Assembly (NCBI GenBank): GCA_963803435.1
Contig: CAWDML010000008.1
Coordinates: 448,001 to 512,000 of the forward strand
Reading direction: 5' to 3'
From: an uncultured delta proteobacterium
GTDB lineage: Bacteria; Myxococcota; Kuafuiibacteriia; Kuafuiibacteriales; Kuafuiibacteriaceae
Length of the DNA: 64,000 nt
Within the stretch, counting starts at the first letter, position 1; every line of letters starts with the position of its first letter. Both the position numbers and the translations under genes were made by a program. This document shows, in pieces, positions 1 through 9,816 of this stretch. A model generated the notes under the pieces. It did not search any database. It worked only from the letters and a program-made list of their open reading frames with translations, and was not told the DNA's origin.

Positions 1-780
1 CGAACGGGAGATCACCGGGCTGCCCTGGTGGAGCGGCACCGTCACCAGGAGGTCGTATTCGAGGTCGCGATCGTCGTATGAGCGAAGCACGCGACGCTCC
101 TCATCCACCGAAGCCACTACGAAGCTGGGCTCCACCGAGATCTTCTTCTCGGTCAGGAGGTGGCCCAGCATGGCCGAGGCCCTCGGCTTGGTGAACGCGC
201 CGTCGAGCGGCGTCGCCAGGACCAGGTCGACGCGGTCGCGCAGTCCTTTGTCGGTGAAGAACGCGTCCGCCAGAAAGAGCAGCTCGAGCGGTGCGACCGG
301 GCACTTGATCGGCATCTCCGCGATGTCGAGGACCAATCGGCCGCCCTTCCAGCGCGCCAGCGTGCGGCCGAGCGCGGCCGCCCCTTCGACCGTATAGAAG
401 TCGAAGACGTTCTCTCTCCAGCCGGGACCCACCAGCCCCTCGGTCGCCTCGGGCGCGACCCGCGCGCCGCTGGCGATGATCAGGAGGTCGTAGTGCAGGT
501 CCTCGCCGGACGCGAACCGGATGCGGTTGTGCTCGGGCTCGATCACCTGGATGGACTGGAGCTCGAGCTCGGCGCGAGGGCCGATGCACGCGCGTCGGCT
601 CTTGAAGAGATCGGCCTCGCGGAGCGCGCCGAAGGGCAAGAACAGCAGACCCGGCTGGTAGAGGTGGCGATCGTCTTCGTCGACGATCGTGATGCGCCAC
701 TCCTCCGGCAGCACGCGCGCGAGACGGTTGGCCATGATGGTGCCAGCAGTGCCGGCGCCGACGATCGCGATGCGTTTCAT
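1..780 (-). CDS. Sulfide:quinone oxidoreductase-like FAD-dependent oxidoreductase (partial, runs off the left edge)
   Basis: Manual translation from ATG at 780 gives MKRIAIVGAGTAGTIMANRLAR...HLYQPGLLFLPFG, with a GxGxxG FAD motif and the YQP motif typical of SQR/FCSD-type enzymes. Absent from the ORF track, presumably because the frame runs off the window edge. Confidence 0.85.
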   Translation of the reverse strand, partial: MKRIAIVGAGTAGTIMANRLARVLPEEWRITIVDEDDRHLYQPGLLFLPFGALREADLFKSRRACIGPRAELELQSIQVIEPEHNRIRFASGEDLHYDLLIIASGARVAPEATEGLVGPGWRENVFDFYTVEGAAALGRTLARWKGGRLVLDIAEMPIKCPVAPLELLFLADAFFTDKGLRDRVDLVLATPLDGAFTKPRASAMLGHLLTEKKISVEPSFVVASVDEERRVLRSYDDRDLEYDLLVTVPLHQGSPVISRS

Positions 781-1028
781 GACCTACCGTGAGACCGCAA
801 GCGGTGGGCCAAGCACCGCCGAGGGCCCACCGCGAGGACGAGTTTCGGGGAAGAAACGCCGTGTTACTGCGATTTGCTCGCGCCGCTTCGAGGGGCATCC
901 TCGTCGGCAGGGTCTCCTCCAGAGTGCTGATGATCCCTCGGCGTAACGCGGGCGCAACATCGTCGAAACGTCGATGGCGTTTGACGCTTCTGCGGCGCCG
1001 AGGCCCCCGGATTGCACCGCCGAGGGGC

Positions 1029-1271
1029 ATGACGAAGAGCAGCGTCCCCGACGATCCCAAGACCCTGGAGAGCCTGCGTGACGAGCTCCAGCTGCAAGCC
1101 CATCTCTTCAAAGCAGAAGCTCGAACGAAGCTCGAGCGGCTCGAGAACCGATGGCACGAGCTCGAACGGCTTCGCCACCAGGTCGGGAAGGAGTCGACCC
1201 AAGCGGCACAGCATATCGCGCAGCAGCTCCTCGAGCAGTATCGACTGCTCAAGGACGACCTTCGCAAATGA
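1029..1271 (+). CDS. Small coiled-coil hypothetical protein
   Basis: MTKSSVPDD...LESLRDELQLQAHLFKAEARTKLERLE is amphipathic-helical, with a GAGGGG RBS before ATG 1029. Confidence 0.65.
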   Translation: MTKSSVPDDPKTLESLRDELQLQAHLFKAEARTKLERLENRWHELERLRHQVGKESTQAAQHIAQQLLEQYRLLKDDLRK

Positions 1272-1431
1272 ACGACGGGACGACCATGAAGACATGTCAG
1301 GAGCTCTGCCACGAAGAGGAGCGGTCCGAGGTGTGAGGCGGTTGGCGGCTCGGTAACAGCACCACTCCACCTCCGTGTGGACAGCGTTGGCCGCGCCTAT
1401 GCAACGGACACATCATCGAAAGGAGCTGCAC

Positions 1432-1851
1432 ATGGCGCTCGTACGTTGGGAGCCCTGGAAGGAGCTCGAGAGGTTCTTCGGACACATGCCGCGGTACGCG
1501 ACCGAGAACGCGGTTGCGGAGTGGATGCCCACGGTCGACATCGAGGAGAACAACGAGGAGTACGTCGTGAAGGCGGAGCTCCCCGGACTCAAGAAGGAGG
1601 AAGTCAAGGTCACGTTCAAGGACGGCGTCCTCGCCATTCAAGGTGAGCGCAAGCAAGAGAAGGAGGAGAAGGACAAGAAGTTCCACCGGATCGAGCGCAC
1701 GTACGGGACGTTCTATCGCGCCTTTGCGATCCCCGAGGAAGTGATCGAAGCAAAGATCCTCGCCGAGCAGAAGGACGGAATCCTCTTCGTCCACATGCCC
1801 AAGGGCGAGAAGAAGAACAAGGAAAAGACCATCGAGGTCAAGGTCCATTGA
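1432..1851 (+). CDS. Hsp20/alpha-crystallin small heat-shock protein
   Basis: MALVRWEPWKEL...PTVDIEE...AELPG...GER...RIERTYGTFYR...DGIL...PK, with an AAGGAG RBS. Confidence 0.95.
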   Translation: MALVRWEPWKELERFFGHMPRYATENAVAEWMPTVDIEENNEEYVVKAELPGLKKEEVKVTFKDGVLAIQGERKQEKEEKDKKFHRIERTYGTFYRAFAIPEEVIEAKILAEQKDGILFVHMPKGEKKNKEKTIEVKVH

Positions 1852-2142
1852 TCTCCGTGAGACGGTAGCCGGCGCGGTGCGAACGAATCCCTCGTCGCTC
1901 GCGTTGGCTGCCGCCGGCTCTCGCCATCGGCGTCTCACGTGCCGGCGGCGGGGCGAGCGTCTCGACGGGTGGAGTGTCCCACGACCGAGCGAACAGGTAA
2001 CCTCGGCTGCGCCCCAAGCGCCAGGCATCTCTCGTGGAGCCGAGACACCGTCGAGTGACTCGACGATCGAATCAGCCCTACCGTAATCCGCTCGCGAGAG
2101 CGGACACTGCTCGGCGTCGATTTCGTCTGCTACGATCGCAGC

Positions 2143-2436
2143 ATGCACATCGGAGTCGTCCTCGGTCTCGCCGCGCTCGCCGCTTCGATCTACCTGTTGC
2201 TCCGCTCCGCGCTCCGCCCCTGGGCGCTCGGTGCCTTGGCCGGCAGCGCCGTGTCCGTGATGCTGGCGCTCGGTTGGATCAGCCTCCGGATCGCGCACGT
2301 TCCTCTCCAGCTGGTCCTCAGCCTCACGCTGGTGCTGTGCGGTGGATTCCTGGTCGCACGCGCCAGCGGAAAGGGTGACGTGAGCGCAGCGACGGTGGTC
2401 GCGTTCGTCGGGCTCGTGCGCCTCCTGAGCGTCTGA
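2143..2436 (+). CDS. Small integral membrane protein
   Basis: 97 aa, almost entirely hydrophobic, with about 4 TM-like segments. Confidence 0.6.
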   Translation: MHIGVVLGLAALAASIYLLLRSALRPWALGALAGSAVSVMLALGWISLRIAHVPLQLVLSLTLVLCGGFLVARASGKGDVSAATVVAFVGLVRLLSV

Positions 2437-2522
2437 CACCTACAGGCCCGCGGTCCTGTGGACGGCGCATCTCACCCCCCCTACGGTAGCCCGGGATCCG
2501 GCCTTGCGTCAGAATCGGCGGG

Positions 2523-4433
2523 ATGCGCCGGAGGGTCTCGGAGGCGTCAATCCTGGCGATTTTCGCCTCGATGACGCTCGCCCGCTGCTTCGACGAGCCC
2601 GACTACTCCGGCCTTGCGTGCAGCGTCGAGGCTCTCTGCCCGCAGGGCTTCGTCTGCACGGAGCAGGGGGTCTGCGCGCGCCCCGGGGAGGACGCCGGCC
2701 GCCCCGACGGCGCCGTGCCGCCCGAGTGTAGCGGCCCGGGCGACTGCGACGCGCCCGGGCCGTGCGAGGAGGTCGACGAGCGGGTCGACTGCATCGCGGG
2801 CGTCTGTCGCTATCCGTCGAAGGTCTGCGACGACCCGCCGCCCGGCGAGTGCATCGACGGCGACACCAAGTACCGGAGCTTCTCAGGCGTCGGGAAGTGC
2901 GAGGCGGAGGAGGGCTGCGTCTATCCGGAGGTGGTCATCGACTGCCTCGACTGCGGCGCCTCCTGCCTCCTGCGCTGTGAGGGACTGGTGTGCAACGACG
3001 GCAACGGCGGCTGCCGCACCGAGGGCCACTGCGTCCCCGATGAGCCGCCGAGCTGCGCCTACGTGAGCGCGCCCGACTCCACGCCGTGCGATCTCGACGG
3101 GCTGACCGGCGACGAGGGCTACTGCAAGAGCGGCCTCTGCGTGGAGTGCGTCGAGGACGAACAGTGCGACGACGGCAACCCCTGCACCGAGGACCTCTGC
3201 CTCACCGAGACCAGCACCTGCTCGCACGCTCCCATCTCGGGGATCTGCGATGACGGTGACGCCTGTACGACGGTCGACACCTGCGTCGACGGCGCCTGCC
3301 TGGGGAGCGAACCCGTCGTCTGTGAGCCCGCGCCGGGACAGTGCTACGAGAGCCCGGGAGAGTGCGATCCGACCGACGGCGCTTGCGTCTTCACCTCGAA
3401 GCAACCGGGCGTGGCCTGCGACGACGAGAACTTCTGCACCACCTCGGACGCCTGTATGGAGGGCGACTGCGTCGGCAGCGCACCGCTCGACTGCGACGAC
3501 CAGAACGCCTGCACCGACGACGGCTGCGATCCGACGACCGGCTGCACGCACACTGACAACGCCGATCCGTGCGACGACGGCAACGCCTGCACGCTCCAGG
3601 ACAACTGCAGCGGCGGGCTCTGCACTCCCGGCTCGGCCCTCGACTGCAACGACGGCAACCCGTGTACGGCCGACGCTTGCGATCCGGCCACCGGGTGCAC
3701 GCACACGTCCGTCCCGGACGACACCACCTGCACGTTCGCGGGCGGCTTGAGCGGCATCTGCCTCCAGGGCGCCTGTGTCGGCTGCGCCGACGATGCCGAC
3801 TGCGACGACGGGAACGCCTGCACCACGGCGACCTGCGTCAACCAGACCTGCACCTACGCGAACAACACGAACACCTGCAACGACGGGAACGCCTGCACCT
3901 ACAGCGACCACTGCGCGGGCGGCGTCTGCGCCGGCACCGCGATCACCTGCAGCAGCAATGCGTGTGTCACGCGAACCTGCAACGGCACCGCGACCTGCGC
4001 ACAGACGTTCCACAACGGTGCTTCATGCGCAGACGACGGGAACGCCTGCACGAACGACGTCTGCAACGCGAGCGGGACCTGCACGCACCCTACCCGAGCG
4101 AACGGGAGCTCCTGCGGATCGAACTCCGCCAACCGGTGCTGCGGCGGGAGCTGCGTGAACATCTCCACCAACGAATCGCACTGCGGCGGCTGCAACACGG
4201 CCTGCAGTTCGGGTCTCACCTGCGAGACGGTCGCCAACACCACCTCGTGCTCGCCGCACCCTGCGAACACGAGCGGTCGCTGCCGCTGCAACGGTTCGAA
4301 CGCGCAGTGCCCTCGAAGTCAGGTCTGCCGGACGGTCACGCCGTTCAACAACCGATGTGCGCCGAGCTCGGCGTCGAACTGCGCGTCGGTCTTCGTCGAC
4401 GTGAGCAGTTGTCCGAACTATTGCCGCTACTGA
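2523..4433 (+). CDS. Cys-rich repeat surface (lipo)protein
   Basis: N-terminal signal-like segment ending in Cys, followed by many CDDGNxCTxDxCxxGxC repeats typical of myxobacterial disulfide-rich proteins. Confidence 0.85.
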   Translation: MRRRVSEASILAIFASMTLARCFDEPDYSGLACSVEALCPQGFVCTEQGVCARPGEDAGRPDGAVPPECSGPGDCDAPGPCEEVDERVDCIAGVCRYPSKVCDDPPPGECIDGDTKYRSFSGVGKCEAEEGCVYPEVVIDCLDCGASCLLRCEGLVCNDGNGGCRTEGHCVPDEPPSCAYVSAPDSTPCDLDGLTGDEGYCKSGLCVECVEDEQCDDGNPCTEDLCLTETSTCSHAPISGICDDGDACTTVDTCVDGACLGSEPVVCEPAPGQCYESPGECDPTDGACVFTSKQPGVACDDENFCTTSDACMEGDCVGSAPLDCDDQNACTDDGCDPTTGCTHTDNADPCDDGNACTLQDNCSGGLCTPGSALDCNDGNPCTADACDPATGCTHTSVPDDTTCTFAGGLSGICLQGACVGCADDADCDDGNACTTATCVNQTCTYANNTNTCNDGNACTYSDHCAGGVCAGTAITCSSNACVTRTCNGTATCAQTFHNGASCADDGNACTNDVCNASGTCTHPTRANGSSCGSNSANRCCGGSCVNISTNESHCGGCNTACSSGLTCETVANTTSCSPHPANTSGRCRCNGSNAQCPRSQVCRTVTPFNNRCAPSSASNCASVFVDVSSCPNYCRY

Positions 4434-4628
4434 CCGGCTCGAAACGCCGACGGCACGGCCCTCCGAGGTCACCGTCACGCTCGACGGCAAGGGCGCCTCG
4501 CGGGTGAGGATCGCCGACCCCGCCGTGGCCTCGCTCGAGGGCTGTGCTCGTGGCGGCGGCACGGGCGCAAGAAGCAGGCCGACGTCTCGGTGGATGGAGT
4601 CCGGATGAAGATGTGATAGTCGCGGACC

Positions 4629-5831
4629 ATGACGATCGAGGTCCGACCCATCACGGCCGGCGAGCTCGGCCGCTTCCGCGAGGCGGTGGTGACTGTCTTC
4701 GGCGGCGAGGTGGACGAGGATCCCGGCGGTGACGCCCGCCTATCCCGCCTGCTGGATCCTTCGCGGACCTGGGCCGCGTTCGACGCCGGGCACGTGGTCG
4801 CGACGGCCGCGACGTACGACCTCTCGATCTTTGTTCCGGGAGGCCTCGTCCCGATGGCCGGGCTCACGGTGGTGACGGTGCGTCCGACTCATCGGCGTCG
4901 CGGGCTACTCCGCCGTTTGATGGGGCTCCACCTCGAAGAGGCGCGCACTCGGCGGATCCCGATCAGCGGCCTGTGGGCGTCGGAGGCGCGGATCTACGGC
5001 CGCTTCGGATACGGCATCGCGGCGGAGGCGGACGGCGTGGAGATCGAGGGTGCGCATCAGCTCGCGCTCAACCCGCCGGGAGCGCTCGACGAGGTGGTCT
5101 GGCTCGACGAGACGGAAGCGCGCCGCGCGTTGCCGCCAATCTATGCACGCGCGACGGCGGGTCGTCCGGGCGCGCTGGTGCGCTCGGAGGTCTGGTGGAA
5201 CGAGCGCCGCTTTCTCGAGGCCGCGTATATCCGCGGGGGGGCCAGCCGGCGCAGGCACGTGCTGGCGCGCCGCGGTGACCAGCCGGTCGGCTATCTGGCG
5301 TTCCGCCAGCGCGGCGGCTTCGCCCATCTCGGGTCCGGTCGGGTCGAGATCATCGAGCTGATCGGTGTGGACAGCCGCGCGGAGGCGACGCTCTGGAGGT
5401 TCGCGCTCCAGGTAGATCTGTTCCCCACGGTCGCCTGGTCGAATGCCCCGATCGACGACGCGCTGCCGTGGATGGTCGACGATCCGCGACGCGTGCATCG
5501 GCGCCGCGTCGATACGCTCTGGCTCCGGATCGACGACATCCCCGCCGCGCTCGGCACGCGCCGCTACGCGAGCGACGGCGCAGTGACGTTCGCCCTCGAG
5601 GGCGAAGTGTGGGAGCTGGTCGCGGAGGCTGGAACGGGTCGCTGCCAGCGGATCGAAAGAGAGCCCGAGCTCGAGATCGATCGTGACACGCTGGGGTCCC
5701 TCTACCTCGGCGGCGCGACCGCGTCCCGCCTCTCTCGCGCCGGACGTGTTCGCGGAGATCCTGCTGCGGTCGCCGTCGTCGACCGCCTCTTCTCCTGGCC
5801 GGTGGCGCCGTGGTGCCCCGAGATGTTCTGA
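4629..5831 (+). CDS. Eis-family GNAT acetyltransferase
   Basis: VTVRPTHRRRGLL acetyl-CoA motif, LWASEARIYGRFGYG, LGSLYLGG SCP2-like C-terminus and terminal WCPEMF. Confidence 0.92.
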   Translation: MTIEVRPITAGELGRFREAVVTVFGGEVDEDPGGDARLSRLLDPSRTWAAFDAGHVVATAATYDLSIFVPGGLVPMAGLTVVTVRPTHRRRGLLRRLMGLHLEEARTRRIPISGLWASEARIYGRFGYGIAAEADGVEIEGAHQLALNPPGALDEVVWLDETEARRALPPIYARATAGRPGALVRSEVWWNERRFLEAAYIRGGASRRRHVLARRGDQPVGYLAFRQRGGFAHLGSGRVEIIELIGVDSRAEATLWRFALQVDLFPTVAWSNAPIDDALPWMVDDPRRVHRRRVDTLWLRIDDIPAALGTRRYASDGAVTFALEGEVWELVAEAGTGRCQRIEREPELEIDRDTLGSLYLGGATASRLSRAGRVRGDPAAVAVVDRLFSWPVAPWCPEMF

Positions 5832-5954
5832 CCCCCTGCTCGAGACTCCTCGCGCCTTCGCTAGACGGCCGCGAAGTACGTCCTCATCGGAGCGAAGTAC
5901 GGCATGAACCGTGCGAAGCGCCCAGGTCCGGCCGGCCTGAACGTTGCGGCGCAA

Positions 5955-7454
5955 TCAGGGCTGGCCGTCACCGCGCTCGACGCTCGGCGGCTTCATCGCT
6001 CCGAGCTCGGCGGCGATCGCGCGCGCTGCCGCAATCCCGCTCCGCGCCGCGTGGTCCGAGTGGCTGCCTTGCGTCCAGTCTCCGGCGAGATGGACGCCGA
6101 GATCGGGCTGGCGGACCGCCTCGGCGAGCTCGTCGAGCGGTGACCGTCCCGGCGGAAACACGGCGAGCGCAGCGGGATGGTAGGTGTACACGTGGCTCCC
6201 CCGGACCTGCTGCTCGAACCCGGGCCAAAGCCGCTCGAGCTCGGCCTTCGCCTCGTCGACCTTGAGCTCGCGGGGGACCATGTGAAAGAGGCGCGCGCGT
6301 AGCCCGTAGACCAGCAGCGAGAAGACGTCGAACGGCTGGGAGTCAGGCGACTCGTGCTGGATCCCGTAGATCACACCGAGCGGACCGTCGCTGAGCACGG
6401 GGAGCACGGTCTCTCCGTCGATCTGGAACAGAGGCCTGACCTCCTTGGTGACCAGGAAGTGCACCACGGTGTACTGGCCGAGGCCGAGGGTCTGGATTCC
6501 GCGCAGGCGCTGCTCGTCGAGGGGTGGCTCGAAGACGATCTGATGGATCCGGAAGAAGGGGATCGCGAGCACCACCCGCTCCGCGTCCATCGTCCGGACG
6601 ACGTTGTTCTCGAGGTAGGTGACCGTGACCTGGATCTTTCCGTCCGCATCGCGCCGCCGGCGAATGCCGGTGACGAGCGCCGACATCGTCTTCGGCGAAC
6701 GGATTGCCTCACCGAGCGCGTGGATGAGCTTCGAGTTGCCGCCCTTCACATGGAAGTTCGGAACACCCTCCCCGAGGAAGATGCCGAACTCGAGCAGGCC
6801 GGCGAGCGCGCTGAACTGATCGGCGCCCGCCGCGAGCTCGCACTCGATGGTGAGGCGGATCCACTCCGACACCTTCCTCGGCAGCCGCAGGCGTTGCAGC
6901 CAGGCGGCGAACGAGATCGCCTGGAGATCGAGCACGCGCGCCGATCGGATTCCTTCTCTCTCCGCCTCCGCGCGGAGCCCCTTCGCCATCTCCATCCAAC
7001 CGGCGAGCGCCTTCCGTTCCCGCGGGTCGAGGAAGCTCGCGAAGTAGGCCTCGGTGGTCGGCTGGACGTACGGAATCAGCTTGCCGTCGATGATCAGACT
7101 CGAGAACGGCGGCTCCGGCTCGCCGTCGAGCTCGACGCCGAGCGCCTTCGCGATGTCGAGGAGCGGGTTGCCTTCCCACATCTCCTGCATCCCGAACTCG
7201 GCGTCGAGCCCCTCCCCGTAGTACGCGGTCTGCACGCGACCGCCGAGCACGTCGCTCGCCTCCAGAAGGTGGATAGGGAGGCCCGCCTTCTCCAGCTCGT
7301 AGGCGGCCGTGAGCCCGGCGACGCCGCCGCCGACCACAATCACCCGCGGGCTCGACGCGACGGCCTGGGTCGAGCCGGCGTCGGGTTGCAGGTCCGGCTC
7401 GGTTCTCTTGCAGGCGACGAGGGCGAGGACGAAGAGCAAGGCGAACGCGCGCAT
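5955..7454 (-). CDS. Flavin monoamine oxidase-family lipoprotein
   Basis: Start at MRAFALLFVLALVAC (lipobox), then VIVVGGGVAGLTAAYEL...LEASDVLGGRV, VKGGNSKL and HLAGD motifs. Confidence 0.85.
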   Translation of the reverse strand: MRAFALLFVLALVACKRTEPDLQPDAGSTQAVASSPRVIVVGGGVAGLTAAYELEKAGLPIHLLEASDVLGGRVQTAYYGEGLDAEFGMQEMWEGNPLLDIAKALGVELDGEPEPPFSSLIIDGKLIPYVQPTTEAYFASFLDPRERKALAGWMEMAKGLRAEAEREGIRSARVLDLQAISFAAWLQRLRLPRKVSEWIRLTIECELAAGADQFSALAGLLEFGIFLGEGVPNFHVKGGNSKLIHALGEAIRSPKTMSALVTGIRRRRDADGKIQVTVTYLENNVVRTMDAERVVLAIPFFRIHQIVFEPPLDEQRLRGIQTLGLGQYTVVHFLVTKEVRPLFQIDGETVLPVLSDGPLGVIYGIQHESPDSQPFDVFSLLVYGLRARLFHMVPRELKVDEAKAELERLWPGFEQQVRGSHVYTYHPAALAVFPPGRSPLDELAEAVRQPDLGVHLAGDWTQGSHSDHAARSGIAAARAIAAELGAMKPPSVERGDGQP

Positions 7455-7570
7455 CCGCGAACCAGACCTGCGAACCGAGCTGCGGTCAATCCACGCCGAC
7501 GCGTCCGATGATGGTGGCTCGGATGCGGCTGGATCGACTCGGGCGTCGCGGACGCGCGCTCGCGGCGACA

Positions 7571-7905
7571 GTGATGGGGACGCTGACGTTGCCCGGTACG
7601 GCTGCAGACGAGATGTACGGTGTTCGCGTGACGGCCGACCCGAGCGCAGCGCCGGTGGCGGAGACGTCGTGTTCACGATCGAGGACGTTCCAGCGGGGAC
7701 GTACTTCCGGCTCGCCTTCGTCGATGTCGACGGCTCGGGCGGGATGTCGTCGACGCCCGGCGACGACGTCGGGTGGTACGGACATTCGGGGCCGTCTGCA
7801 CCGAATGCGTCGGTGCCGGAGTCGGCGCGGTCACCCATGACTGGTCTCTGGTCGTGCAGAAGCCGCATCGAGGACGGGGATCTCGAGACGCTCAACATCC
7901 CCTGA
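7571..7905 (+). pseudogene. Frameshifted/degenerate fragment of a beta-sandwich exported-protein domain
   Basis: GTLTLPG...YGVRV in one frame continues as FTIEDVPAGTYFRLAFVDVDGSG...GDDVGWYG in another frame near 7670. No convincing start or signal peptide. Confidence 0.4.
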
Positions 7906-7998
7906 TCGATCGAGACGCCGGGTCGCGTGCCCGAGCCGACACCCCGTGCCCAATATTCAGGTGCCCGCGTGGGCCCGTCGCTTGCGTGGGCCTAGGGT

Positions 7999-8415
7999 AT
8001 GGCGACCCCCAACGACGTGGCGGGCCCAGGCCCCAACGGTCTGAGCGCACCGACCACCGGACAGGAACAGGAGATCCAGCAGCTTCGTGCCGAGGAGCAG
8101 TCCAGCATGCGGGCCTGGCTCGAGATGCTGGTCGACGATGCGCGGCACGGAAACGTCAAGGATCCCAAGAAGCGCAACATCAAGGGCCGTCGCGACAAGC
8201 TCGACGTCGCCAGCCGAATGGAGAAGCCGAGCGATGCGCTGGAGGGGGGCCGGTCGGGTCGGGCGCAGCCGGTCGAGAACGACGCCGCGTCGCGACAGAC
8301 GAGGGACCCGGGCGAAGCCAGCCACGCCATCGCTTCAGCGAAGGGCGCGGTCGACGATCTGAAGTCGTTCCTGAGCGGGCGCAAGTCGCTCGTCGATCTC
8401 ACCACGCTCGTATGA
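7999..8415 (+). CDS. Hypothetical protein with low-complexity N-terminus
   Basis: 138-aa ORF with typical GC3 codon use. Its TGA stop overlaps the next ATG (ATGA at 8412-8415). Confidence 0.65.
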   Translation: MATPNDVAGPGPNGLSAPTTGQEQEIQQLRAEEQSSMRAWLEMLVDDARHGNVKDPKKRNIKGRRDKLDVASRMEKPSDALEGGRSGRAQPVENDAASRQTRDPGEASHAIASAKGAVDDLKSFLSGRKSLVDLTTLV

Positions 8416-8864
8416 TCTACGGCGTCGACATCCACCCGTTTGCCGAGGCCGTGCTCGTCTACTTCACGGTGGACGGTCGAGCCGCCGCCTCCCAGCTCGA
8501 GCCCGCCGCGTTCCTCGAGCAGCTCTTCGCCGCGATCGACCGCTTCCCCGCACGGGAGGTCGCTCCGATCGCGGACGACCTCCTGGCCGCCGCCCGCTTC
8601 TTGGAGATCTACGGGCGTCCGACGGCGGCCCGGATGGTCGCCGAGCATCTGGAGCGGTCGTCGCGACGGGCGATGGTCCGCGCCGGGGGCGTCGCTCTGC
8701 TCGCGGGTGCGGCCAAGAATCGACCACGCTCTCACGCCTCCGGAGCCCGAAAAGGGCGAGAAGCGGCCCTCCCTCGTGGAGGAGCGCTGGGACGACCTGT
8801 CCCCGGAGCGGAGAGAGCCGGCTCCGCCGCCTCGCCCACGACATCCTGGGCTAGGAGCGTGTAG
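8412..8864 (+). CDS. Hypothetical helical protein; 3' end runs into the inverted repeat
   Basis: MIYGVDIHPFAEAVLVYF..., coupled to the upstream gene by ATGA. The TAG stop at 8862-8864 lies inside the left inverted repeat. Confidence 0.6.
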   Translation: MIYGVDIHPFAEAVLVYFTVDGRAAASQLEPAAFLEQLFAAIDRFPAREVAPIADDLLAAARFLEIYGRPTAARMVAEHLERSSRRAMVRAGGVALLAGAAKNRPRSHASGARKGREAALPRGGALGRPVPGAERAGSAASPTTSWARSV

Positions 8865-8906
8865 CGCGTAAGCGCTCACGCGACCCCGGTCCGGGTCCCG
8901 GTCCCG
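8849..8906 (+). repeat. Left inverted repeat arm (~58 bp)
   Basis: Direct comparison with 9607-9663 shows only a few mismatches or indels. Confidence 0.9.
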
Positions 8907-9230
8907 GGGTTCTGTTCGCGTCCAACAGCGATGTGGGCATCGATCTGATTGTTGTCGCAGAATTCGATGTTGGTCGCGCTCAGATAGCGTTGATCGTCGT
9001 GAAGTGGGGATGACTTTCTCCAGCCAGATGATTTTCTGGGAGCCACTCGAGAGGGGACGGCGGGAGCAAGAACGATTGTCTCGGAGTCCAAGAACGGTAT
9101 TGCTTCGCCACGAAACCATGGGATCAAGTCCAGGCGTCGAAGTCGATCCGCCCAACGATCGATTCCAGACGAAACGACCTCCAAGAACTTCTGCTGGTCA
9201 AAGTGGACGAGCTACCGCAAGCTAGCTTGC

Positions 9231-9599
9231 ATGGTCACTTTCGATCACGAGAAGCTCGAGGTCTACCAGCTCGCCGTCGAGTATGCCGACATCGCTGAAG
9301 AGATCGCACAAGAACTGCAACCCGGTCACGCTCACGTCCGCGATCAGCTTCGGCGGGCATCCGATTCCATCGTGAACAACACCGCCGAGGGCGCCGGAGA
9401 GTTCAATCCACCTGAGAGGGCTCGCTTCTACCGGATGGCACTTCGCTCTGGCACCGAAAGCGCCGCCTCACTCCACACCTGCTTGAGGCGCCGACTCACC
9501 AACGAGCAGAAGGTCCAAGCCGCCAGAGCCAAGCTCAAGCGCGTTGTCGAGATGCTCACGCGCCTCATCAAGTCGATGAACGCACGCCGGGCTGCATGA
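9231..9599 (+). CDS. Four helix bundle protein (23S rRNA IVS-protein / Avd-like family)
   Basis: FDHEKLEVYQLA...DQLRRASDSIVNNTAEGAG...RFYRMALRSGTE...LTRLIKS matches the family pattern. Confidence 0.92.
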   Translation: MVTFDHEKLEVYQLAVEYADIAEEIAQELQPGHAHVRDQLRRASDSIVNNTAEGAGEFNPPERARFYRMALRSGTESAASLHTCLRRRLTNEQKVQAARAKLKRVVEMLTRLIKSMNARRAA

Positions 9600-9606
9600 T
9601 CGCCAT

Positions 9607-9663
9607 CGGGACCGGGACCCGGACCGGGCTCGCGGTAGCGCTACGCGCTACACGCTCCTAGCC
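9607..9663 (-). repeat. Right inverted repeat arm (~57 bp)
   Basis: cgggaccgggacccggaccgggctcgcggtagcgctacgcgctacacgctcctagcc, the reverse complement of the left arm. Confidence 0.9.
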
Positions 9664-9816
9664 TTCTCTAATCAGCTACCTTATCACCGGGTATCCTACA
9701 TTCAGCCGAAGCCCTCGAAATGGGCCTAGAGGGGCCGTGATGGGGCGCTCGGAGGCCTGTATTCTCGCCTTTTATCAGCTAATACCGAGTAGTTAACGGT
9801 AATGCCCACATTCCAC

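Larger units (their letters stand above)
8849..9663. mobile_element. Candidate non-autonomous element (long inverted repeats, CTAG near both ends) carrying a four-helix-bundle gene
   Basis: 8849-8906 (ggctaggagcgtgtagcgcgtaagcgctcacgcgaccccggtccgggtcccggtcccg) is a near-perfect reverse complement of 9607-9663. The interior is less GC-rich than the flanking genes. Confidence 0.65.

Noticed and set aside
101-1312. 403-aa minus-strand ORF
   Set aside because: Arg-rich off-frame translation; the real gene is the SQR-like frame starting at 780.
2900-4200. Recurrent tgcgacgacggcaac-like DNA repeats
   Set aside because: Fully explained by CDDGN protein repeats.
9231-9599. DGR (Avd) or 23S rRNA intervening sequence
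   Set aside because: No reverse transcriptase, TR/VR pair or rRNA sequence is visible in the window.
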